Source: Macrostomum lignano (taxonomy: Eukaryota). Taken from it: a DNA stretch of 64,000 nt. A program made the translations under genes and the position numbers. Under the pieces are notes generated by a model. It did no database searches, was not told the origin of the DNA, and worked only from the letters and a program-made list of their open reading frames with translations. This document shows, piece by piece, positions 33,044 to 50,471 of the stretch. The DNA is taken from contig NIVC01000166.1 of NCBI GenBank assembly GCA_002269645.1, positions 372,001-436,000 of the forward strand, written 5' to 3'. The stretch's first letter is position 1; every line of letters starts with the position of its first letter.

Positions 33044-35614
33044 GAAACTAGGCGAGGCGATACTGAACAGTCTTAATAAAAGGTAAAGGCAGTATGCTAT
33101 AGAAAAAATATTACCTTTTCCTATTGCTTCCGAATACGTACGAGATGAAATGATGAGTAAGACCGATATTGAAAGCACCGAAATGCTCATAGTTTCAGTA
33201 TTTAGTGCTTGTAGCTTATAGTCCTAAAACTTCAAAACTCTTCTGACACACTGCAGGCTTTGGTTTAAAAGCTACCTGCTGCAAGACCTGCACGCACAGG
33301 TATAACATTGTTGCCTGTCACAGATGCACGCGAAGTTTGAACTTCTGTTTTTGCTGTGCTATGAAAATATTTCATATCAGTTACTTGCACTCGATGCTGC
33401 TGCATGGTCTGATAAAGTAAACTTTCTACACGAATGTGCAAGTAGGCGTAGCTATACGAACTACGCTGCATCCGCAGCTTCCATGTGATGAGGACGCACT
33501 TTTTTTCCAAATTTCACGCCTGCACATGGGTTTCAAACTTGCTAGCCTACTAACAGCAGGCTATGGCCGTTTTTCTCCCTCTTTTGTAATTTTTCTAGAA
33601 TTCATACTAGTAGGACTTCTGTAGCTATATTAATCTGCCATACTTGTAGTTATAATAACATAGGCGCGGTTTTTTGCTGCTTTTGGGTCATAAATCATTG
33701 CGTCTAAGCTGGTCTGACAGTCACCTGTGCCTCACTCAGTGTTGAGGCGGGCGCCAGATGGTCTGAAAGGATGCGAGCGGTAGCTTTTTTCTCATCATTT
33801 TGACAGGCCATCAAGATTTATGAGGTCAGGGCCTATTGTTCGTGTTCACTCAAGCGTGTGACAGCTTTGACAGCTATGCGTTTTACCCATAAGTACGTTG
33901 GGATTAGCGATTAGCGATTTCTCTTCATTATCTTCACTTTCTATTTAATAAGAGCTTTCTAATGTATATTTTTTCATTAATTTCTGTCAATCCTACGCGA
34001 AAAGTCATAAATCATTTTGTTGCGATTTTGAGTGATTTATGGCCGCACCTGTCATCTTTTTACGACCCCGAGGGAACTGATAGGATCTCCCGGTCACGTG
34101 ATTCTGGGTAGCAACCAGCTTAGCCAATCAGAAAATTCGGCGCTCATTTTAACAAATCGGCTCAGCTAATCAGCATCGACGTGTTCCGTTATAACAAACT
34201 GCGGTCCAGTTGGCGGCTATTTAAAACGGTGTTTTTGGCCTGCTCGGACTAACCCTTTCTGGAGACCGGTCAGGAACTTGCTCTCTCCCTGGCCCGACCG
34301 TCGTTTCTTGATCCCCGGATTGCGACTCTCACCATCATCATCAAGGACGAGTCCCCCGGTCATCAGCAGTAAACATCAAAGTGAAGAGCATCACCTGCTA
34401 GCTATCTGCGAAGGTTGTGACATCAGCATCATCCCGGGTCTACAGCTGCGAAGAACTAAGCCGATTCGGTCACTGTGGATTACCTGGTCTCCGGCTGTTG
34501 AGTTTCTGATTGGTTGGGTGAGAGGCTACCTAGACTTGCTTGATTGGGTGATTCCTTATCTGTCCCCTGTTTCAGTAGCTGGATTAGGCGCACACTTTTG
34601 CTCATTTTGTTCAGTAGTGCTGTTGCTGAGGCAGAAGTCATTCAATAATACTTCTAGTAGTCTGATCTGAGGTGTGAAGCGATTCAAGGAGAAGGTTAAA
34701 TCAGACAGTTTTTTTTATCGGTTTTATTTCTTTGTTCGCCGATGGCTCAGATGAGTAGCTAAGCTAGTAGGCGCCGGTCACAGTGGACTAATGGCAAGGC
34801 GGTTCTCAGTCGATCAATCTATCGAATCAGTTAGCGAAACTGCCAGTAGTGCAGAATCGGCGCCAGAGATGTACTTTGTGCACTCTAGGCCCGCCAAGCG
34901 GCTCGGGTAATAAATCATGCGGTCTCCGGTGTTCGAGTTAGCCTATCATCAGCGCTACGAGAGGCTAGTTTGCGCGTTGAAGGCCAAAAGTACAATTCTT
35001 CGTATTTAGCTATGTAATAGTACATGTAGCTACCCCACAGTCTCGCCACTGCAAGAATCCCCTGCACAAGTCCCCTCTGTACCTGCATGGCCAATGCGAT
35101 CGAGTCCCAGCGGTGTCCCTCATCATCGGCTATGACTTCGAGATTGACAGCAAAAAGACACTAGTTGGCAGGTAAGTGCTAAGCCCCCTCTAGTCGGAAG
35201 CCCGATTTCGAAAGTTCCCGTTTGGTGAGCCAGGACACACGGGCTGGTGACAGCGGGTTAGTTAATCTGCGGATTGGATTTACCTTCAAAATTCTCCCTG
35301 TTTGTCTCTCGCTGTCCCTCTCTTAGCTATAGGACTTAGACTGCTCGCCACACGATCAAGCTACCATGGGGCTGACCATCTCTAACTCTAATTGATTCAT
35401 TTCTGAGACCTGAGGCCCGAAGGCTTCCCGAAAGGGGCCGAAAAGGCCGAAACCCATCACATGCGTGATCAACAATACCGTAATGAACTTTTTACTGGCA
35501 AACGTATTGTTAAATTTACAAGCCCGATTAGCATTGCTTGCTGGGAAAATTAAAAACTGTTTAAAACATGTGGGCTAAATTAATACCCGGTATTTCTTAC
35601 AGATAGAAATAATA

Positions 35615-35913
35615 ATATGTATTATTTATTACACCAGCCCTAATGGCCAGATGTGCAACCGACAGCTCAGCCGCAGCTATTGCGCGGCGCATCTGAAGGC
35701 TGCGTACGGCTGTTCAGCCCAAGGACTGGGGGGTCGCCACACACCCTCAATTACCCCAGCTAATGCTGGCACCCATTTTACAGCTGGGTGAACTGAAGCA
35801 ATGCAGAGTTAAGTGTCTTGCTCAAGGACACAAATTGTTCCGATTGGGCCGAGAATCGAACTCCCGACCTTTCGGTCGGTGAGTCCGACGCTCTAACCAC
35901 TAGGCTGCAACCC
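35615..35913 (-). mobile_element. CORE-type SINE
   Basis: Reverse complement of the 6253 family. Confidence 0.85.
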
Positions 35914-36061
35914 CTTCTTACTGTAAGTAGATTTACAAATATTGATATGTATTCAATTACAGAAATCAGAGCTCTCATTAAAGCCTCATATTGAAATATA
36001 ATTCTGTAAAAAGCCTGGTTTTCCCTTGGCTTTGTTCTCGGCTATTTCGGAAACAGGCCGA

Positions 36062-41316
<5,255 letters not shown>

Positions 41317-42042
41317 TTTGATAATGTTCGAACCCAGGCTTTCTAATGCTAAGTTTTTAGATGGCTTTTTAGCTCATAAATGTATGCTGCTATGAAAATG
41401 CTGAACATCAAACCCACATTATTTTCACATGAAGTACGTTAATTGTGGCAAGCGGCTCGCATATTTTGACAAATTTCAATTTGTTTACAAGATAAAATTT
41501 AATTAAAGCGAAGTTCAGTGCTAATGCACAAGCTATCAGACGTTCAATGCAAGAGTTATTGCAAAAATCTCTTCATATTTTTTCTGTCATGTCAAATTTG
41601 GTCACGCGATGCGTGGACGGCTTCAAAGTGCATAATATCAAGCAGCGTTAGAGATTCTGAGAAACAAATTAAACAAAAAGAGCGATTTGTTCTACTGTTA
41701 GTAGAACTACCGAGAACAATGCAACATTAAATAAGGGGTACTTTAATAAACAATCACAAACAGCTTTAAAAAATTGTCAGCATTGTTTTTTGTGCCATCA
41801 TTGATTTCTTTTTTCCTTCTTAAGAAAGCCCTATCGTCCACACTATCACTATCAACATATTGGCCGAAGTAGTTGCTTTGTGTAGCGAATTTTAAATTTG
41901 TCGATACATATCGGAAACTCATAAAAATACATGATATAAAGTATAAACTAAACACAAAATACTTTCATGAGAACATGATTTCGCTTAAAGTAAGGGCTCC
42001 AGAAAGCAAATTCTGTTATGTGCTATAAAAATGATAAAAAGT

Positions 42043-42113
42043 TGCATCGGCCGGGAAACGAACCCGGGCCGCCCGCGTGGCAGGCGAGCATTCTACCACT
42101 GAACCACCGATGC
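42043..42113 (-). tRNA. tRNA-Gly(GCC), with T-loop variant GTTCGTTTC
   Basis: GCATCGGTGGTTCAGTGGTAGAATGCTCGCCTGCCACGCGGGCGGCCCGGGTTCGTTTCCCGGCCGATGCA; T5 Pol III terminator just downstream. Confidence 0.9.
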
Positions 42114-42634
42114 TTACAGTTCTGGGGTGAAATTTGCCCTATTTATACTCCATACTCTTGTCAAGTTCAGAGTAAAAATTCAAACCGGAGAGGCTGAACT
42201 TATACGGGCGAGCCCAGATGCATAAAAGAAGGGTCTGGTGGTGTAAATCTGCTTTCTTTGTAAATTAAGTTCGTACAGGCTTATACCTTAGTCTAAGCAT
42301 ATAGGCTGTAAGTAAACAATTTGAGGCTATTTCCGACCCTTGAATTCCATTCGGTCTGCATCTGCAAGAACAGTAAAGCCGCATTACCACAATCGGCTTA
42401 GTTTACCTGAAATTCCTGAAACGATAGCAGGCCTTAAGCCCTCTTAATTCAAGCAAGATTTAATTAGGATACACTTCAAATTGAAACCGATGGCAAACTG
42501 CATTTAGCGATAGCCAAAACTCAAGCTGCACACGTGACCTTTAGCTGCTGTTAATGCGAAGCAGCTAGCACAACTTAGTTTGATACTTCACTATTGCGAC
42601 CATGTACTGTATGCGTATTGTGGCGCCCCTAGCA

Positions 42635-43015
42635 CCAGCCAGATGTGGCGCCCCGTATGTACACCCAGCCAGATGTGGCGCCCCGTATGTACACCCAGCC
42701 AGATGTGGCGCCCCGTATGTACACCCAGCCAGATGTGGCGCCCCGTATGTACACCCAGCCAGATGTGGCGCCCCCGTATGTACACCCAGCCAGATGTGGC
42801 GCCCCCGTATGTACACCCAGCCAGATGTGGCGCCCCCGTATGTACACCCAGCCAGATGTGGCGCCCCTTGCACCAGCCAAATGTGGCGCCACGTACATGC
42901 AAAACCAGTCAGATGTGCATGGCGCCCCGCACATGTACACCAGCCAGATGTGACGCCCCGCACATGTACACCAGCCAGATGTGACGCCCCGCACATGTAC
43001 ACCAGCCAGATGTGG
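42635..43015. repeat. 30-bp minisatellite CCAGCCAGATGTGGCGCCCCGTATGTACAC, possibly inside a non-autonomous Helitron-like element ending near 43218
   Basis: Tandem units; imperfect hairpin GACCGC..GCGGGTC followed by CAGTTAG at 43192-43218. Confidence 0.75.
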
Positions 43016-43394
43016 CCTCAAACGTGACCTCAGTTACGTTCGTGCACGTGCCCTGAAATCAACTACAAGTGCCTTGGATATCAATTTTAAGCATTTATCA
43101 ACAAAATTTTAGCTAATAGCAACAATGTTTAATAATATAATTTGCATGTGCACACAGGCTCGTAGTAACACTAACAGGAAGTCAAATTGCAGACCGCACA
43201 CACCGCGGGTCCAGTTAGTTGATTTTAATGCAGCTACGAGTAGTTGGCAGTTTTAGCTTCGGAAATGCGCATGTATAGATATTAAAATATGCAGACATTC
43301 AGTTTTACACTTCACATTATTACCGTATTTGCTTAGGGGACTTGAACTCCATGAAATCTTGAAGCAAGTAACCATTCATAATACAAGTGGCAGT

Positions 43395-44842
43395 GTCTTT
43401 CTTCCCCTATCCCTCTCTCTTCCCTTATCCCTCTCTATCTTCCCCTATCCCTCTGTCTCTTCCCCTATCCCTCTCTCTCTTCCCTTATCCCTCTCTCTCT
43501 TCCCCTATCCCTCTGTCTCTTCCCCTATCCCTCTCTCTCTTCGCTTATCCCTCTCTCTCTTCCCCTATCCCTCTGTCTCTTCCCCTATCCCTCTCTCTCT
43601 TCCCTTATCCCTCTCTCTCTTCCCCTATCCCTCTGTCTCTTCCCCTATCCCTCTCTCTCTTCCCCTATCCCTCTCTCTCTTCCCCTATCCCTCTTTCTCT
43701 TCTCCTATCCCTCTTTCTCTTCTCCTATCCCTCTTTCTCTTCCCCTATCCCTCTCTCTCTTCCCTTATTCCTCTCTCTCTTCCCCTATCCCTCTGTCTCT
43801 TCCCCTATCCCTCTCTCTCTTCCCCTATCCCTCTCTCTCTTCCCCTATCCCTCTGTCTCTTCCCTTATCCCTCTCTCTCTCTTCCCCTATCCCTCTGTCT
43901 CTTCTCCTATCCCTCTTTCTCTTCTCCTATACCTCTCTCTCTTCCCTTATCCCTCTGTCTCTTCCCCTATCCCTCTGTCTCTTCCCCTATCCCTCTGTCT
44001 CTTCCCCTATCCCTCTCTCTCTTCCCCTATCCCTCTCTCTCTTCCCCTATCCCTCTGTCTCTTCCCTTATCCCTCTGTCTCTTCCCCTATCCCTCTGTCT
44101 CTTCTCCTATCCCTCTTTCTCTTCTCCTATCCCTCTCTCTCTTCCCCTATCCCTCTGTCTCTTCCCCTATCCCTCTCTCTCTTCCCTTATCCCTCTCTCT
44201 CTTCCCCTATCCCTCTGTCTCTTCCCTTATCCCTCTCTCTCTTCCCCTATCCCTCTGTCTCTTCTCCTATCCCTCTTTCTCTTCTCCTATCCCTCTCTCT
44301 CTTCCCTTATCCCTCTGTCTCTTCCCCTATCCCTCTGTCTCTTCCCCTATCCCTCTGTCTCTTCCCCTATCCCTCTCTCTCTTCCCCTATCCCTCTCTCT
44401 CTTCCCTTATCCCTCTGTCTCTTCCCTTATCCCTCTGTCTCTTCCCCTATCCCTCTGTCTCTTCTCCTATCCCTCTTTCTCTTCTCCTATCCCTCTCTCT
44501 CTTCCCCTATCCCTCTGTCTCTTCCCCTATCCCTCTCTCTCTTCCCTTATCCCTCTCTCTCTTCCCCTATCCCTCTGTCTCTTCCCCTATCCCTCTCTCT
44601 CTTCCCCTATCCCTCTCTCTCTTCCCCTATCCCTCTGTCTCTTCCCCTATCCCTCTGTCTCTTCTCCTATCCCTCTTTCTCTTCTCCTATCCCTCTCTCT
44701 CTTCCCCTATCCCTCTGTCTCTTCCCCTATCCCTCTCTCTCTTCCCTTATCCCTCTCTCTCTTCCCCTATCCCTCTGTCTCTTCCCCTATCCCTCTCTCT
44801 CTTCCCCTATCCCTCTCTCTCTTCCCCTATCCCTCTGTCTCT
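43395..44842. repeat. 20-bp polypyrimidine minisatellite CTTCCCCTATCCCTCTCTCT
   Basis: About 1.45 kb of almost pure pyrimidine on the + strand. Confidence 0.97.
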
Positions 44843-44889
44843 ATAACTCTATCCCTAGAGTTACTATTGGGGATTGTGACAGCAAAGTC

Positions 44890-45710
44890 TTTGATAAACT
44901 GGCATTGGTGGCAGCACAGCCTTTGATAAACTGGCATTGATGGCAGCACACACAGAGATAAACTGGCATTGATGGCAGCACAGCCTTTGATAAACTGGCA
45001 TTGGTGGCAGCACACACAGAGATAAACTGGCATTGATGGCAGCACAGTCTTTGATAAACTGGCATTGGTGGCAGCACAGCCTTTGATAAACTGGCATTGG
45101 TGGCAGCACACACAGAGATAAACTGGCATTGGTGGCAGCACACACAGATAAACTGGCATCGGTGGCAGCACACAGAGATAAACTGGCATTGGTGGCAGCA
45201 CACACAGATAAACTGGCATTGGTGGCGGCACAGCCTTTGATAAACTGGCATTGGTGGCAGCACACACAGATAAACTGGCATTGGTGGCAGCACACACAGA
45301 TAAACTGGCATCGGTGGCAGCACACACACAGATAAACTGGCATTGGTGGCAGCACACAGATAAACTGGCATTGGTGGCAGCACACAGAGATAAACTGGCA
45401 TTGGTGGCAGCACACACACAGATAAACTGGTATTGGAGGTATTGGAGGCAGCACACACACAGATAAACTGGCATTGGTGGCAGCACACAGAGATAAACTG
45501 GCATTGGTGACAGCACACAGAGATAAACTGGTATTGGAGGCAGCACACACACAGATAAACTGGCATTGGTGGCAGCACACGCACAGATAAACTGGCATTG
45601 GTGGCAGCACACACACAGATAAACTGGCATTGGTGGCAGCACACGCACAGATAAACTGGCATTGGTGGCAGCACACGCACAGATAAACTGGCATTGGTGG
45701 CAGCACACAC
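44890..45710. repeat. ~30-34-bp minisatellite GATAAACTGGCATTGGTGGCAGCAC(AC)n
   Basis: Tandem units just downstream of the BCR-like stop codon. Confidence 0.95.
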
Positions 45711-45777
45711 TAAGTACATTTTACGCTGCCGATCCACAAGCGACACCATCGGGCATCAATAAACAAACAAATCAGAC

Positions 45778-48340
45778 TCAGAAGACCAGCCGACCCGCTC
45801 TGTACAGGTCCAGCAGTCTCGCCAGCACAGCGCCCTGCTGCATCGACTGCTGACCAATCAGCTTCGGGTCCAGAGCGGTCAGCGTCAGCGACGCCGTGAT
45901 GGCTGGGCGGATGAGAGTCGGGCCGAAGATCAAACCGATATTTGATGGAGACATCTTGTTCACCTGGATGGGGGGGGGTGCGGCCAGCGACAATTGAACG
46001 TTTATAATAAACGTTTTTAAACTATTTATAGTTTTGCTTTATGCTATGCTGCTGGGTATGAGGAACTGGGGTTATTAGTGGCTTGCGACTGAGGACCTGG
46101 GAGGCTGGCCCAGCAACTGAGGACCTGGGAGGCTGCTCCAGCAACTGAGGATGGATCTGGGAGGCTGGCCCAGCAACTGAGGATCTAGGAGGCTGGCCCA
46201 GCAACTGAGGATCTGGGAGGCTGGCCCAGCAACTGAGGATGGAGTTGGGAGGCTGGCCCAGCAACTGAGGATGGAGTTGGGAGGCTGGCCCAGCAACTGA
46301 GGATGGAGTTGGGAGGCTGGCCCAGCAACTGAGGATGGAGTTGGGAGGCTGGCCCAGCAACTGAGGATGGAGTTGGGAGGCTGGCCCAGCAACTGAGGAT
46401 GGAGTTGGGAAGCTGGCCCAGCAACTGAGGATGGAGTTGGGAGGCTGGCCCAGCAACTGAGGATGTAGTTGGGAGGCTGGCCAAGCAACTGAGGATGGAG
46501 TTGGGAGGCTGGCCAAGCAACTGAGGATGGAGTTGGGAGGCTGGCCCAGCAACTGAGGATCCAAAAAGGTTGACCAAGAATGCGGACCTGGCAGCTGTCG
46601 CACACGCGCAGCAGGTGGTCAAACAGGAAGGCAGCGGTGGCGGCGCTGGCACGCGGCAGGGTGCCAGTTGGCAGCAGTCCCAGCAGTTCGCGATCGTCCG
46701 CTTCGCTAGCCGCAGTCAGAGCTTCGTGCAGGCTGGCGATAAACAGCGGCTCCGGCAGTTCGCGAAGGTACAGCTTCAGCAAGCCGGTGCAGACGTGAAT
46801 GTCCAGGCCGTCCAGAGCCTGCGGCGGGCCGGGGCCGTCCGTGTCGATTCGAGCTCGGGCGCTCTGCAAGGCAAATAATGAAGCTGGGTAGGAATTCACT
46901 GGCAACAGGTTACGTAATTGGCTCAATTAGCGCTAGTTTGCAAAGGGCAGAGCAGCTGTTTCAATTGAAAGTCAGGGCCGATGTACACCCCGTGTGATGT
47001 TGTGTGTATGAGGGCCAGATGGAGAACCTAGAGCAGGTGTCGGCGAACTCCGGTCCTCGGTCCTTTGAAACTTTACAATAGCAATCTGGCCCGCTCAACG
47101 TCCGTATCTTTTCTGCTCTATCTTCTCGCCTCCTCCAATCTCTCCCTCTCCCCTCTTCTCTCTTCTTATCTTCTGCCTTTCTCTCATCCCATCTCTCGCC
47201 TCTCCTCTCTTCTCTCTTTGCTCATTTTATACAAGCTCGTAAGAGCGATATTCCCTCTCCTTTTCTCTCTTTTATGGCCCGCAGCCCTTGGGATAAATAG
47301 GTTTGCCGACCCATGACCTAGAGCCTGACTAAGGGACAGAGGACGGGAGACGAAAAGGAATAAACAAGATAGAAGAGAGATTAGGAGAGAAGAGAGGAGA
47401 GGAGAGAGGAGAGAAGAGAGAACAGAAGAGAGAGGAGAGGAGACGAGAGGAGAGGAGAGAGAAGAGGAGAGGAGAAAGGAGAGATGAGAGAAGAGGAGAA
47501 AAGAAAGAAAAGAGAGAGAGAGGAGAGAAGAGAGAAGAGCTGAAAAAAGACACAGATCTTTAAGGCGGACCGGATGTATATTGTAAAAAAGGTCTCAAAG
47601 GAACCGAGGGCCGGATAGAGAGGCTTTGCGGGCCAAAGGTTGCCGAACCCTGGTGTACAGGTTGCACAGGGTGTGACGCGGGAGCCAGACGTGTGGAGTT
47701 GCACACACACTGGCGGCAGCATCGACACTCGCATGCAAACGTTATAAAAATGAACGAACCTGCAGGTCGGTGGATGATCCGGAGACTCTGTAGAGTCCCA
47801 GCTCGGTGAGGTGGCGGTTGACCTGCTGCACCAGACCCTGCACCAGCATAGGCACAGCCTCAGCAGCTAGCGGCTCAGCTAGCATTGATTTCTCAGCTTC
47901 AACAAGCGTTTCTAGCGGGACACCGAACACCGCCAGGTGCTGCTGCTGCTGCTGCTGCTGAGGTTGCTGGTACTGCTTATTGAGCACTTTCTGCTGCTGC
48001 TGAGGGGGCAGAACGCACAGGTACTGAGGCACGAAGGCTAAGCTGAGAGTCAACAGCAGAGTCTTTGTTCCAGCCGACAGATAGTGACACTTGGCCTGGT
48101 AGTCCCTGAGGCCGCTTTCGCACAGGCGTAGCTCCAGATAGCCAATGTCGCTGGGTCGCTTGTTCGCCGCGTCCATCTGCGACACCACGAATCTGGGCGG
48201 GGCATAAAGTGTGTTGGACTGGAGCTGGTAGGGGACAAATGGGACAGAATCAAAGCAGTACACTGCTAGCTGTCTGGCAGTCCGACACGGAGGCTCAGAC
48301 AGACACAAGGACAGACAGACAGACAGACAGACAGACAGGC

Positions 48341-48437
<97 letters not shown>

Positions 48438-50387
48438 GGCGCACAGACAGACAGACAGGCGCACCTGATCGCAGACTCGGTGCCATCCAGACTGAGCTGG
48501 AAGGCGCATTCGAACGTGGGCTGGGAGCTGCCAGCCGAGCAGAATGGCGTGGAGTGCACCCGCATGAAGTGCTGGCTGACGTCTTTAATCTCGGTGGCAA
48601 CGCAGTAGCTGGCGGGCTCGGCCGGGCCCTCCAGCTTGTGCACAGTGACGCTTAGCATGCCGACCAGGCCAGACTCGCCTTTGTCGAGTTCGCTAGTAAA
48701 ATCGGCGCCGTTGCTGATTGTCGATCGGGCGTCGTCAGTTTCGCCGCCGCCGCCGCCGCCATCGACGCAGTCAAGACCATCCTCTATAGACTGTTGGACC
48801 TGTCGGCGCTGGCGTCGCAGGTACCGATTTCCGAGGTCGGTCACGTCCTGAGCGACGTGCCGGTAGGCGTGTAGAAGGTCGGCCACCTCAGCCTGGCTGA
48901 CGGTCACCGGGTTGCAGTCGCCTCGGTTGCCCGGCTGCTGAACCTGCAATATTGAATGCCGGATGTGAACCTTGGTTGCTCCTCGTTGACACAAGGCATC
49001 TCAGCAACTCCTTCATTGAGCCATGGCATCTCAGCAACTCCCCTATTGAGCCATGGCATCTCAGCAACTCCCCCATTGAGCCATGGCATCTCAGCAACTC
49101 CCCCATTGAGCCATGGCATCTCAGCAACTCCTCCATGGAGCCATGGCATCTCAGCAACTCCCCCATTGAGCCATGGCATCTCAGCAACTCCTCCATGGAG
49201 CCATGGCATCTCAGCAACTCCCCCATTGAGCCATGGCATCTCAGCAACTCTCCCACATTGAGCCATGGCATCTCAGCAACTCTCCCATATGGAGCCATGG
49301 AATCTCAGCAACATCTTCATTGAGCCATGGCATCTCAGCAACATCTTCATTGAGCCATGGAATCTCAGCAACATCTTCATTGAGCCATGGCATCTCAGCA
49401 ATATTTTGATAAAGCATCTCCAAGTTAATCCGCACCAGATTAGCACCAATCAGCTGTTCCCATTCGCGCCGCTCGAGCTCGGAGGACAGCAGCAGGGTGT
49501 ACTGCTTCTCCTGGGTGCGGCCGACACGCAGCGGCACATTCGGCACCGTGACAATGAGCTGCGACTGCAGCCTCCGGAGCTGGTCCACACAGCGCTGCAT
49601 CTGACGCGACGTTGCCCCACCTGACGCATTCCTGCCAGCCTCAGCCCGCAGCTGCGCCATCTCAGCCTGCAGAGATTTGATTCGAATCTTCAACGAGTTC
49701 TCCAGCTGGCAGCGCCGGTTCTCCTGCTCCAGCGCGGCTCTGGACGGCGCCTGGCGCTCCGAGTTGAACAGAACGCAGGAGTTTTTAGCCACGTGCCACT
49801 TCGCCTGCAGGCCGACTTCCTCGGCCGAGTCCAGGCCGACTAAACTGCCGCCCAGACTGTCCGACGTCAGCAGCCGCTGGCTGGCGCAGATCAGCACGTC
49901 GCTGAATAGAAAAACTCGACGCAGCTTCCGTTGATTGCCGCTCAGCTCCACCATGAGTTGCTGCTTCAGCAGCCGCCTGCAGCAGCGAGCGCTGCTGGCT
50001 GAGGAGGCGCCCGCTTCCGAGGAGCCTCCGGTTGAACCGCTACCGCCGCCTGCGCCGCTGCCACCGCCGCCGCTGCCGCCGCCGCTGCAACCGCTGGCGT
50101 CGCCGGAGAAAACTCGGTGCAATCGCTGGCAAAATTCGTACAACTGGGGCAGGTCTGGGTGACCTGGCGGCGTCACCTGGTAATGCGTGAAGGCGTCAGG
50201 CGTTGTGCAGGCTAACTGGATAGCTTATTAACTAACTAAGTAACTAACTAACTAAATAAAGAACTTACTAACTAAGTAACTAACTAACTAAATAACTAAC
50301 TAACTAAATAACTAACTAACTAAATAACTAACTAACTAAATAACTAACTAAATAACTAACTAACTAGCTAACTAACTAACTAACTAT

Positions 50388-50471
<84 letters not shown>

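Noticed and set aside
34060-35300. Promoter/LTR-like block with CCAAT and TATTTAAA motifs and a PBS-like TGGTGAGCCAG at 35222
   Set aside because: No defined TG..CA ends, TSD or second copy in the window, so it cannot be classified.
43329-45749. 500-aa Pro/Leu/Ser and Cys-rich ORFs
   Set aside because: Translations of the polypyrimidine and GATAAACTGG minisatellites.
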